From Eledone cirrhosa (lineage: Eukaryota), in assembly GCA_964016885.1 (NCBI GenBank), contig CAXHJY010001591.1, positions 186,001 to 250,000 on the forward strand: a DNA stretch of 64,000 bases. The letters run 5' to 3'. This document shows positions 12,438-24,754 of the stretch, piece by piece. The position numbers and the translations under genes were made by a program. Each line of letters begins with the position of its first letter. Within the stretch, counting starts at the first letter, position 1. Under the pieces are notes generated by a model. It saw only the letters and a list, made by a program, of their open reading frames with translations, searched no databases and had not been told where the DNA came from.

Positions 12438-14540
12438 CATCTCTTTTCCAGACATTTAGCATAGACTTTACAGGTGAGGCTTAACAAGGAGATCCCTCTA
12501 TAATTTGAGCAATATTTCTTGTCTCCCTTTTTGAAAATTGGAATTATCCTTCCTGACTGCCATTGCTAAGGTGCCTTTCCAGCGATCCAGCCTCTAAGAG
12601 ATTAGTTATCACTCCCAGATGCATCTTATGTAAATCAGAAGATTCTGTTATGATCAGGTGTCGGAGATCAGCAAAATATTCTCTCCATCTTGCAAGGGTG
12701 CACCTCTCTGGAGAGAGGAGACCCCAGACACGTTCCTGATAGCAGGTATGGAGGCAGATGGTCTGCCAAAACACTTTATTTGCTGATCAGAAGTCAGAAG
12801 TCAGCTTTACCCCAAAGTCCTCCCATGTTTTAACTTTGGACTCCTTTACTGTCTCTGCTGTCACATTTCATGCCTGCTTGTACCAGAAGTGCAAGAAGGA
12901 AAACTTATTTCCCAACCTAGCTTTGTAGGCCTCCATCTATGCTTGGATGGCATCTTTGACCTCTTGATTGAACCTAAGGGTCATCCTGCCATTTGGCACC
13001 ACACCAAAATTCTTTTGCCTGCAGCATTTAACAGCTGAAGCAAAAACTGCTGAGTTGAACAATCTCTACTCTGTTTCAACATCCTTGGTTTGCTCAGGGA
13101 GTTCTCTGAATTTGGATGCAATAGTATCTGTATACCTGGTCCTGACTTCCTTATCCACAAACACTCTCCACTTTATCCTGTAGGTCACCCTGGACCTGCC
13201 AGTTTTGTGGGCTTCTTTGGCTTTAGGCAGTCTCAAGTTGCAGATAACTAGATGGTGATTAGTTGACAGCTCAGTCCCTCTCTTAACAAGATCATCTAGC
13301 AGAGAATCAAAGAGATCAGAGACAATAACAAAATCAATCATTGATCTCTGTCCCTGATTCCCCTTATACCAAGTATATTTATGGATGTTTCTGTGCTGGA
13401 AGAAGGTGTTCATAATAGAGAGTACATTACTTGAGCAGAAGCCTATTAAGGCTTCTCCATTCATATTTAGATCGGGATTGCCATTCCTTCCAATCACTCC
13501 TTTCCATGTCAAGTGGTCATTGCCAACAAGTGCATTGAAGTCTCATCATCAAGATATATAACTCAGTCTTAACTACATCTAACGCTGTAGTAACTTTATC
13601 AAGCAAGGATTTGTATTCGGACTCCTTGTTTGGTGCATAAACTTGCACCACCCACAGAGACCTATCTTTCAGCCTAAGCTTCAAGAGACAAATCCTCCCT
13701 TCTAATGGTATCAAGTCTATAACACATTCTGACAGCCGAGGGCTTGTGAGTATTCCCACTCCTGCTTGAATAGTGGAGTTTCCATCCTCCATCCAAATCT
13801 ACACTACCAGAGCCACAGAACTTTGTTGAGGAAACCCCAACTATATCTAACTGGTAGCATTTAGCCTCCTCCACTAGTCCCTGCAAGGGTCATGATGTTC
13901 CAGGTCCCAATTTCCATGGTTTGCTCCCTTCTGTACCCTCTTTAGGGTCTTGGGATATGCAATCTTTGGGCGTCCATCCCACACCTCTCAGGACAAGTCA
14001 CAGACTCATCACCAGTTTTTATAACATGAGATGGAGACTGCAATATATTTTTCGAACAGGCCCCTCTACCTAAGGCCTGAATGTATCCCTTGTTAACCCA
14101 CATGAAGTACAATGCAGTATGATTCTTTTTCTTACCTCTCACCATATTACAGTTTTGATGGTCTTATTCATGCCAATCACAAATCTGGTACTTCTCAAAC
14201 CTGTGAAGACTAGGCTTTTTAAGGGGCAGCTTTTACTTGCTTCATCATAAAAGTGTTACCCATTGTTCCATCTCCCCTAGTAGTTTACCACTGTTGGTCA
14301 AAGTTGCTTATTCGTCCAGCAGGAGCCCACTTATATCACAACAAACCATCATATCTGGTGGCTGTATCGCTATCGGGCTCCTGCAACCCATTCTCTAGTT
14401 GAACATTCACTAACTAGATTGAGAAGGGATAGGGCTGCTGCTATATGGTGGTTCATTTACCTTGTGTGAAGTCTGCGGTGTTGTTGCTCGTGCCTTGCTA
14501 GGCACCAATACAGCCAATGTAAAACCCTGGGCAGTACGTC
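12438..14540 (-). mobile_element. Decayed RTE LINE (Expander/Rex3-like), 5' UTR + EN + start of RT
   Basis: DIVGVSSTK, VVQVYAPN, WKGVIGRNGNPDLN, RSMIDFVIV, STNHHLV, SNYRGISLLS; 5' boundary uncertain. Confidence 0.82.
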
Positions 14541-14736
14541 TCTCAAAAAATTATTTCTAAAATGAATTTTAAAATATAGATAGGCATTGTATTGCATGAG
14601 TCTTTTTTCTGTTACAGTTAGTTTTTTTACAGGGAACAGAACTCCTTACACTACTATATACAGTATTTTTGTTCGACAGACTCACTACACTTGTATCCAC
14701 ATACATATACGCACATACGCACATACATGCATGCAT

Positions 14737-15347
14737 ACATGGTGGCTGCCAACTCATTTTCGAGTACAGCCACTACTTTATATCCATGTAGGAGAATCCC
14801 TACCGATGCGCTAAACAAGTGTGACTTTTTAGTCCAGCCAGCGACTTGAAAACTCTGGTACAAACACTACACTTGTGACAATTATTGACACATAGTGCTG
14901 GGCCTATGGTACCATGTGACGACAAGTGCAGAGAGATCTCCAGATATAAAGCAATGCCTGTGCCGTGAAGCTTTTATAGTGAGCAAAGGCACTGCACAAA
15001 GCCAGTCCCACTCTCTTAACCAAGATGATATTTACCAAAAAGAAGAACAAGTCAACATCATTGGATACCATCAGGGTTGCAGGTGTTATATCAGAGTTTT
15101 CCTTCTCCTAGAATTCTGCCTTGACAAAGACTAAGGGGTCATCTCTCCCGGTGATTTTGGATGGGCATTGACTCTTAAGAGCTCCTTTGCCTTTTGACAG
15201 GTTTTGTTTTTATTCCTGCAGGATGTCCAAAGTCACCCTCCTCACCAAGAAACCTTGGTGGGGTTGCCAGTTTAGTCGCCAACGACCCGACCATGGGTCA
15301 GGTTGTACTGGGATGCATGTTACCAGTAGCACCAACTGGTGACCTGA
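14737..15347 (-). mobile_element. Non-autonomous bipartite RTE-derived element flanked by (ACAT)n
   Basis: RTE 5'-UTR motif CTAGGAGAAGGAAAACTCTGA (15091-15111) joined to a C-terminal C2H2 finger relic (CSVCTRVFKSLAGLKSHTCLAH*); relatives at 21235-21773 and 63675-63914. Confidence 0.75.
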
Positions 15348-15397
15348 CATACATACATACATACATACATACATACATACATACATACATACATACA

Positions 15398-17314
15398 TGT
15401 GGTGTGGATGGACTATCAAAAAGCATTTGATAGTGTACCTCATGGGTGGATTGTTAAAGTTTTACAGTTAGCCAAAGTCGCACAACCAGTGGTAGCTGCT
15501 GTTGAACGTCTGACCAAGAACTGGTACACCAATTTGATCCTTAGAGGTGAGAAGGAGCAAGTTAAAACTGATAAGATACATTACCAGAAGGGCATCTTTC
15601 AGGGTGATAGCTTGTCAGTGCTACTCTTCGTTCTCTCACTAAATCCACTATCTTACCTACTCAGGAAACAAGGTGGACAAAGAAGTGGGTCCAGAAGTAT
15701 CTCCCATCTTTTCTTTGTTGATGACCTGAAGTTGTATGGGCCAAATATCAATGACATCAAGAAACAATTGGCCCTCATTAAACAATTTTCAACAGACATC
15801 AAAATGAAATTTGGTGAGTCCAAGTGCGCATATTTGGCAGTAAAACGTGGAAGAGCTGTGCCCTCCTCTACAAATCTAGAGATGAACGGCCTGACAATAC
15901 AACCTCTACAGTCAGGTGACAACTACAGATATCTTGGACAGGATGAGAATGTCAGATATGATGGACCCATAAATAAGGAGAGAACCAGAACTGAATACCT
16001 CAGAAGAGTAAAGAAAATATGGTCATCAGAACTGTCAGCGTACAACAAATACATTGCCCAGAATACTTATGCTGTGCCAATTCTAACGCCAACATTTGGC
16101 CTGCTGAACTGGTCATTGCAAGAACTAAGTGAGATGGATGTTAGAACTCGAAAACTTCTCAGTGTTACTGGGAACTTTAACATCAATGGTGATGTGGATA
16201 GGCTATACTTCTCACGCAAGGAAGGTGGCCGGGGTCTAAAATCCATATTAACATCATATGAGACCCGGATAGTAACACTGAAGCAACACCTTCAACAGAG
16301 GAAAAAGGTTGGCAACCATCTTGCCCAGGTTTATGAGCATGAAAACAAAAATATCATTAGGATAGCCACTGATCGGGAGGAGAAATATGGAATAAAGCCT
16401 GATATAAATCTCTCACCCAGAGAAATTGGAAGATCCTATTCAATGTTCAAACAAGATGAAAAAATTGACCAATTTACAGAAAAAGTTGTGCATGGATACT
16501 TGAGACGTAAAACACAGACCATAGAGGGGATAAACCACTCAAAAAGCCTGGCATGGAGTTCCGACAAGTTTATGACATCACACCTTGAGGGATATCTCTA
16601 TGCAATACAGGAACAAGAACTCCCTACCAAATATCTGCTGCTCAAAAGGGGAGGGTCATCAGCTGACAATAAATGTAGGCTATGTAAAACAAAAATCGAG
16701 GATGTAAGCCACATTGTTGCCAGCTGCGAAAGAATCTCATCTCGCTACTACCTCCCCATGATACACGATGGGATAGCTAGAACCATCTGGAACGCACTTC
16801 GGAAAACAAAATTAACAACAAATGAGGAAGAATATATTGAGACAGATGGCACTAAGGAATACTGGTGGAACCTGAAAATAAAAACTGCCACCAAATTAAA
16901 GCACAACCGGCCTGATATTGTTGTTTGGGACCACACATTGAAAACGTGTTCTGTTGTGGAGCTCAGCTGCCCACTTGATGTAAACGTTATCAGAAAAATA
17001 CAGGAGAAGGAGGACATCTATGGACCATTGATGAGGAGTTTACAAATCCAGTATCCAAGATACACCTTTAGCTTCATACCCATCATTATTGGAGCTACGG
17101 GTTATATACCAACCTGCTTGGATCAAAGTATGACTGAACTTGGATTTGCGGACAAAGAGTGCAGCTCCCTAATTCATAGTCTACAAATGGCTGCGATAGC
17201 TGGCACCTTCAAAATTCTTGTGATTCAAGGGATGACAATTTCTTTTCTTTTACAACCTTGCTACCAGGAAGGTGGCCGGTCAAAAAAATATACTCGAAAT
17301 TAAGAGAAAGAGAT
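15398..17314 (+). mobile_element. 5'-truncated R4/Dong-clade element with uninterrupted 634-codon frame (RT, zinc knuckle, RLE)
   Basis: WMDYQKAFDSVPH, GIFQGDSLS, HLFFVDDLKL, KEGGRGL, CRLC..EDVSHIVASC, RPDIVVWD, ELSCP..KEDIY; (ACAT)n on both sides. Confidence 0.93.
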
Positions 17315-17333
17315 AACATACATACATACATAC

Positions 17334-20300
17334 AATGCAAGTATTACTCTTTATTTCAGACGCGGATGGCAAACATAACCCCATCTCCCTCACCTCGCCC
17401 TACACATCCAACCCATCCCTTCTACCCACCAAGCGAAATCCAAAACTTCAGTCTTGGTGCCATGAATGTAGGCACTTTAAAAGGTAATTCTAACGAGGTT
17501 GTAGAGATGCTTGAACGTAAGGAAGTTGATGCATGCTGCGTCCAAGAGACTAGGTGGAGGAGTGGGTCTGCTAGATTCATTGTGGGTAAAAAACGATGCT
17601 ATAAACTTTTCTGGGTGGGAAATGAAAATGGGCTGGGTGGAGTAGGAATTATGCTAGCAGAAAAATGGGTAGATAAGATAATAGACGTAAATAGAGTGAA
17701 CGACAGAATAATTAAAATAAGATTTGTCCTAAATAGAACTACTGTGACAATAATATCCACTTACGCACCCCAATCTGGACTGCCTGGCGTTATAAAAGAC
17801 AGATTCTATGAGTCGTTAATGCTCACTACCTCCCAAATAACCAACAGTGACTACATAATTATTGCTGGCGACCTAAATGGTCATGTTGGACAACATTGTG
17901 ACGGCTATGATGGAATCCATGGAGGCTACAGGCTTGGTACCAGAAATGAGGAAGGCTTCAGAATCCTGGAACTCTGTGACGCAAATAATCTAACTATCTG
18001 TAACACAAGCAAGTTTTATGAAAGGTGGGTGAAAGTGGCGAGAATGGCCCGAGTGAATGGGCCTTCTCTCTATATCAGCCTGTAGGTTGAGGAAAAGGAG
18101 GAGGAGAGGAAAGGAGTACAAGCTCTTCGTACTCCTGGAGATGAGGGTTGCACATTTTTTTCGGGGGTCTGTGTTACCCATATAAACTGTCTCCCTCTAT
18201 TGGGGAAAATCGACTAACTTTTAAATTCCATCTGTGATAACATTTTACACGTTTTTATTGTATGTAAACTTCCCCCTTTGTATTTGTCCCCTTCTTTTGT
18301 GCCCCTGTGGCTAATAAAGAAATATATCTGTAACACAAACTTCAAAAAACGAGACAATCACTTGATCATCTATAGATCAGGGGAACACGCCAGTCAGATA
18401 GATTATATCCTTACCAGAAGACGTGACAAAGTGTCTGTTGTAAACACTACCCCCCCCCCCCCCCCACGCGAAGAATGCACCTCCCAACATAGCCTCATAG
18501 TTAGTGACCTCATAGTCAGGATGAGACGTACTTGACAACAGAGGAGGACTACCCTGAGAAGAAGAATATCGAAGTTAAAGGACCACACAGCCAGTAACAA
18601 ATTTAAAAGCATATTACTTGATGCTTTTGACAGTAAGGAAGAGCAATTAGAGATGTACAGTATAGAGGAACAGTGGGAAAACCTGAAATTTAACCTGCTG
18701 AAGGCGACAGATGAAATCTGTGGCTGGAGCCGACCTATAGGCAGGAGGAGAGTAACTTGGTGGTGGAACAGTAAGGTGGAGGAGTCAATCAAGGCCAAAA
18801 AGCAAGCTTGGAAAGTATGGCGGGATGGGGGAAGTAGAGTATACTATTAAGTGGCCAGGAGGGAAGCTAGGAGACAAGTGTACCTTGCAAGAAGGGAAGC
18901 AGAAGAAAGAAAGTTGAAGCATGTTCTACAACGCGAGAACCAAAAACGTGAGGTGTTCAGGATTGCTAGACAATGTGTCAAGGAAAACCGTGATATTGTT
19001 GGGGAGAAGTGTGTCCATAATGATGATGGTATACTTGCCATCACTGATAAGAAGGTAGCTTGGAAGTGTCACTACGAGAGGCTACTAAATGAGGAGAATA
19101 AGTGGGAAAAAGATAGTCTGCCCCAAATCGATCCAATAGAGGGACCAGCAGTGCAAGTTGAAGGTAGTATAATAAGTAAGGCAATCAAAGATATGAAGAC
19201 AGGCAAAGCAGCTGGGCCTTCGGAGATAGTTGCTGAAATGCTGAAAGCATCTGGATCGGTGGGACACACTATGGTCATCCGGATAGTAAACCACATCATA
19301 CAGAATGGGGTCATACCAAATGATTGGCGTAGCAGCATCATCATTAACTACTACAAGGCTAAAGGAGATGCCCTAGATAGGGGAAACTATAGATGCATTA
19401 AATTAATTGACCAGGTCATGAAGGTCACAGAAAAAGTTATAGCGCAACTCATCAGAGAGTGAATTGATCGAGATGAAATGCAGTTTGGGTTTGTGTCAGG
19501 TAAAAGTACCACAGACGCTCTTTTCCTTGTACGACAACTACAGGAGAAGTAACTAGCTAAAAGTAAACCCCTATACTTAGCTTTTGTTGACTTGGAGAAA
19601 GCCTCTGACTCCCTCGCTCCATTATCTGGTGGGCTCTTAGAAAACTAGGTGTAGATGAATGGCTTGTGAGAGCTATACAAGCCATGTATAAAGAAACAGT
19701 CAGCAAGGTTAGAATTAACAACGAATATAGTGAAGAATTTAGCGTAAAAGTTGGTGTTCATCAGGGCTCTGTCCTTAGCCCCCTCCTATTTTTTATTGCC
19801 CTTCAAGCTATAACAGAGGAGTTCAAGACCGGCTGCCCATGGGAACTTCTATACGCAGATGATGTTACGCTCATAGCTGAATCAATGGCTGAACTAGAGA
19901 AGAAATTCCAAACTTGGAAGCATAGCCTAGAATCAAAAGGCCTTAAAATTAACTTGTCTAAGACTAAAGTTCTAGTATGTAGGAAGGAAAATAGGGCACT
20001 GGTCCCCTCTGGGAAATGGCCATGCTCAGTGTGTAGGAAAGGAGTAGGTAGAAACTCCACTTTATGTCCCAAATCCAAAGTATGGGTGCATAAAAGATGT
20101 AGTGGGATCACAGGTAAGCTAACTAAGAACATAGATTTTATATATGGCCGGTGCTCAGGTGCAATAAGTAGTAGCAAGTGCCCACAGGATACTAGCTCCT
20201 TCCATTGCCCAGATGGTTCTATAGAAATAGTGGACACCTTCCGTTACCTGGGTGACAAAATCAGCAATGGTGGAGGGTGCTCTGAAAGTACAGTAGCTAA

Positions 20301-21195
20301 AGTCAGAACGGGATGGAAAAAGTTCAGAGAGCTTATACCACTATTGGCCGCTAAAAGTTTCTCTCTAAAAATGAAAGGCAGACTGTATTATGCCTGCTTA
20401 CGAATAGCAATGTTACATGGCAGTGAGACATGGACATTGTGTGCAGAGGATCTGCACAGACTGGAGAGGAATGAAGCTTGCATGCGCCATTGGATGTATA
20501 ATAGTAATATACGTGAACGACAAAGCATAAATGAACTAAGTGAGAAATTAAGAATAAGAAGGATCAGATGCTGTTTACTCGAGAGAAGACTACGTTGGTA
20601 TGGTCACGTGATGCGCATGAAAGACGACAGCTGTATAAAAAAAGTGCAGGGCAATCAAAATAGAGGGAAGCTACGGAGTATGCAGACCCAGAAAAACCTG
20701 GGACGATTTGATAAATTCCGACCTTACACACTTACACCTCTCCAAGACAATGAACCAAGATTTTTGGCGCTTCGCAGTAAAATAGAAGACCTGCCTTGCC
20801 TAAGTACAAAGCGAAACCCACAGTCAGTAGGCACCTCCTAACCAAAAATACACCCCCGTCCCAGTACCCCCACCCCATCCACACCACCCCTTTCAATGTA
20901 AAGTTATGTTGGTACCACAACATCCAGTCCGAAACAAATGAGGTCATGTAGGTGTCACGACAAAAAAACACACAGTCCACGCTGTAATGTGGCCGTGTAG
21001 CTAACACGGTAAAAAACCTCCCAGTCCACACTGTAAACGTAGTTGGTGTTAGGAAGGTCATCCAGTTGTAGAAAACCCGCCAGACAGTCCTATACGAGCA
21101 AGACAACCAATCTTGCCTCAAGTGGGACAATTCCCATATAAACCCATGCTAGCGTGGAAGATAGACGTTAAACGATGATGATGATGATGATGATA
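17334..21195 (+). mobile_element. Near full-length RTE LINE (family B), interrupted at 18009-18324
   Basis: EN (GAMNVGTL, CCVQETRW, AGDLNGHVG, QIDYIL), RT (GVHQGSVLSP, LLYADDV), composite tail and (GAT)n. Confidence 0.95.
18009..18324 (+). mobile_element. Short 5'-truncated Tx1/L1-like insertion with 14-bp TSD
   Basis: TSD TATCTGTAACACAA at 17995-18008 and 18325-18338; KFYERWVKVARMARVNGP* then AATAAA; homologous to 24755-25208. Confidence 0.85.
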
Positions 21196-21234
21196 CATAC
21201 AGACATGCATACATACTTACATACTTACATATAT

Positions 21235-21773
21235 ACATGATGGCTGCAAACTCTGCTAAGAATACTGCAATTGCTTGTCAGATTATAGAGTTTGGTGCAC
21301 TTTTAGGCTACAACCAGCCACACAAACCTGTAACATATCCTGAACAAGCAATGCCTGTGCTTTGAAAGTTTTTTTATGTGGGAAAAGGCCTTGCACTCAA
21401 CCAATCCCACTCTCTGAGCATCGAAAACACTACCCGAAAAGGAGAATTGGTCAACATCATCAGATGCTTCTGAAGCCACAGGTATTTTTTTCAGAGTTTT
21501 CCTCTCATAGAAAGGTGTTGTGACAACAACTGGGGGAGGGGGGGGGGGGGGGCTTTCACTCCCAGGTGGAAAAAAAAAAAAGTACTATTTGGATGGCCGT
21601 TGACTCCGCTGAGTTCCTCCACCCTTTGTCAGGTCTTGTATTTCATCCCGCAGAGTGTCCAAATATCACCCTCCTCACCAAGCAAGTTTGGTGGGGTTTA
21701 GTCACTGACGACCCGACCATGAGACAGGTTGTACTGGGTTACATGTTACCAGTAGCACTCGAGAGCGACCTGA
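21235..21773 (-). mobile_element. Second, diverged bipartite RTE-derived element in (ACAT)n
   Basis: Aligns with 14737-15347 at both ends (CGACCCGACCATG...GACCTGACATAC; GCAATGCCTGTGC; TGGCTGC). Confidence 0.75.
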
Positions 21774-22678
21774 CATACATACATACATACATATTTGACA
21801 TGGGCTTTCACACTATTAAATTAAATTCACGAGGTATTAATTACCCAAAGATTATGGTAGAAAACATTTGCCCAAAGTACAACATATCAGATCAAATCTT
21901 GAACGGTGTAGTTTTGAATCAAACTTCTTTCAAGATTATGCCTGTCGTCACAAAAGATTTCATATTAAGATCTACACATTTCGATATGTTTTTTTAAAGA
22001 ATTTTTTGGTAAGATATGTTTAAACATCCACTTAAAACTAAAAAGTTAGTTGTTTTACAAAATTGTTCCAAATTCTTGATTATTCCCACATAGACAGTCG
22101 TATTTAAATAGAAATATTGTCACATTATTTTTATTGTCACATTGTCACATTTTTTTAAAGTGTACTTTTCATCATCATAACTTTTTGTAAGAATCTTTCA
22201 AATACCAGCTTAATCATGAATAAATTTAATTATTTTACTAAATCCCGCTAAATTATTGATTATTTTTAATAAAATTAAATCAAACTGGTGTTTTGAGTTG
22301 TGTCCCATTATATTAAAACAAGGGACGCAACTCGATCTGATAGAATAAGTACCAGATTGAATGAAAAAGTACAAAACCTTGAAGCCAAAGCCTAAATATG
22401 CAGTCGTATGACTGAGAGTAGTAAAATAATAAAATAATATATACATTGGATTTCAATAGAAATATGGTCACAAAAAGATTAAGTTTCAGTCACCAAATCT
22501 GGATATCATGGTTTTCACCTTTGATCCTCTTTCTTTTTTGATGCAAGACTTCTTTGGTTTTGTTCGAATGATGTAACAACCTTTCTTGTTAGGATCATTT
22601 CTTGGAATATAAATTACTGGTGTATTGATAGTGTTTTGTTTCAATGCTATACTGTACTACAGGATATATTTATACATG

Positions 22679-23710
22679 TTGCATATATTAATGGCATAGA
22701 TGCTAAATTAAAGAATGCCACAGTGCTGAAATACGCAGATGACATCAAGCTGTACATTGAGATAAATAGGACAGATCCTGTATGCTATAGATCTTTCCTG
22801 CACTCAGACCTGGACATAATGCAGCAATAGATTATGGACTGACAACTCAAGTTGGCTGTGGACAAGTGTACCACCATGCATTTTGGGAGGAAAAACTCAG
22901 CTATCACATACTCCCTCCACAACACCAATCTCAAGAAGTTTTTTTTGTGAACATGACCTGGGTTTTATTGTCAACAGCGATTTGCATTGGACAAAGCACA
23001 TCTCTAAAATTGTTAAGCAAGCCGAGGATGTCTTAGCATCCCTCAGTAAGACCTTTGTCAGCTGCTCTCCAGCTTTCTATTTAAAGCTGTATGTAGCTAT
23101 GGTGTGTCCACACTTATAATTTGCATCACCAGTCTGGAACCCCAATCTTGCTCAGAATATTGATCTCTTAGAAACTGTTCAGAAACGTGTAACAAAACGA
23201 ATACCCTCCATCAGGCATCTACCATACTCTGAACGCTTTGCTTCCCTGGACATGTATACATTAAAGCTCTGACGTCTGGCAACTGACTTGGTAAACACCC
23301 ACAAAATTATTAACCATCTTTCCTGAGCACCTTTTTGATTTCCATGTGTCTAACACACATGGGCATGCCAACAAAGTCAGAAAACAGCACAGCTCCCATG
23401 ACTTTCTGAAATATTTTTTCATGCTCAGAGTTGCTGAAGCATGGAACAAACTACCTGCATCAGTTGTTAGCTGTCGGGACACTGCATCCTTCAAAATGTC
23501 CATGCTTCCCGAAATTCGCCAACACATCATCTGATATTCTCCCTCCATACACATGCATGTGTGTGTGTGTGTCTGTGTGTATATCATGACTCATACACTG
23601 TTCAATTTCTTGGGATTTGTACATTATTCTATGTACTATACATGCACCTTTGATGATTTGTAATGCATCTGATCACTGAACACAATAGTTTTCATTATTA
23701 TACATTATTA
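22679..23710 (+). mobile_element. 5'-truncated CR1 LINE
   Basis: LKYADDIKLY, RVAEAWNKLP; colinear with 672-1676. Confidence 0.9.
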
Positions 23711-23719
23711 TATTTTTAG

Positions 23720-24110
23720 TCAAAAGGCCAGATGGCATGACAATCTTCCCATTTCGTGGGTGTAGTCCACTCATCTGGGATGCTACGTGCTGTAACACCT
23801 TCTCGAGTGGCAACCTGGTGCGGTCAGCTACCAGTCCAGGTGCTGTTCCCTGCTAGGCTGAAGAGGGCAAACTGTCCAAGTATTAGATGCTCTCTGATAG
23901 GTTTGTGGTTTAGCCTGTAGCAGTGGAGACTGCCGGTGTTCTTGGACCCTGGACCACATCCTTGCTCACTGCTATTGGAGCAGAGTTGGCTGCCCGCAGG
24001 TGTGAGTCCCGTGAGGTGGAGTGGGTGTTTCAGGGTGTTTCCCTCACTGTCCTCCGGGGCAATGTATTCTCCATCCTATCGGTTGGGACTATGAGGCTGT
24101 TGGTAAGATA
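23720..24110 (+). mobile_element. CRE-like RLE 3' fragment
   Basis: RPDGMTIFPF, WDATC, AVETAGVLGP, FQGVSLTVLRGN; same family as 45790-46650. Confidence 0.8.
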
Positions 24111-24225
24111 GTTGGATACTGAAGGTATTAATGATAATAAAATGATGATGATGATGATGATGATAATTGTTTCTACTTTAGGCACAAGGCCAGCAATTAC
24201 CCAGTGCATTACTGGTACTAATAAT

Positions 24226-24738
24226 AATGTGATGCGTATGAAGGATGACAGCTGCATAAAACGGTGCAGAGCACTAGAAGTCGATGGAAACCACGGAGTG
24301 GGGAGACCCAAGATGACCAGGGATGAGGTGATAAAAGCCGACCTTACCCAATTACACCTCTCAAAGGCACACACGACCATGACCTCTGGCGTCACGTAGT
24401 AATACAGAGTACCCGACCTCCCATGGGTACAAGCTGAAGCATATAAACAATATGCCCCCCCCCCCCCACCGCAAGGTGGTCGTGGAGGTGCCACGGCAAA
24501 AAAGCACCCAGCCCACACTGTAAAGTGGACGTGTAGGCGCCACGAAAAAGCAGCCAGCACTCACTGTAAATGAGGTTGGTGTTAGGAAGGGCATCCAGCT
24601 GTAGAAATCAAGCCAAATCAGTTCCTGTATGAGCAAGGCATGGTTAGCTGACCAGACACTGCCCACAACAGGACAACCCGTCTAACCCATGCTAGCGTGG
24701 AAGAACGGACATAAAATGGTGATGATGATGATGATGAT
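24226..24738 (+). mobile_element. RTE 3' end with composite tail
   Basis: VMRMKDDSCIKRC..GVGRPKMT, 48-bp-type repeats, (GAT)n. Confidence 0.8.
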
Positions 24739-24754
24739 GAATAACAATAATAAT

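Noticed and set aside
12438-12450. Apparent polypurine tract next to the LTR (minus)
   Set aside because: It is RTE coding sequence (CLEKR), not LTR-element internal DNA.
15225-15347. Canonical HDV-like ribozyme
   Set aside because: GGTCACC/GGTGACT and CTAA-ACTGG suggest P1/P2, but P3-L3-P1.1 do not fit and P2 is lost in the second copy; kept only as a generic structured RNA.
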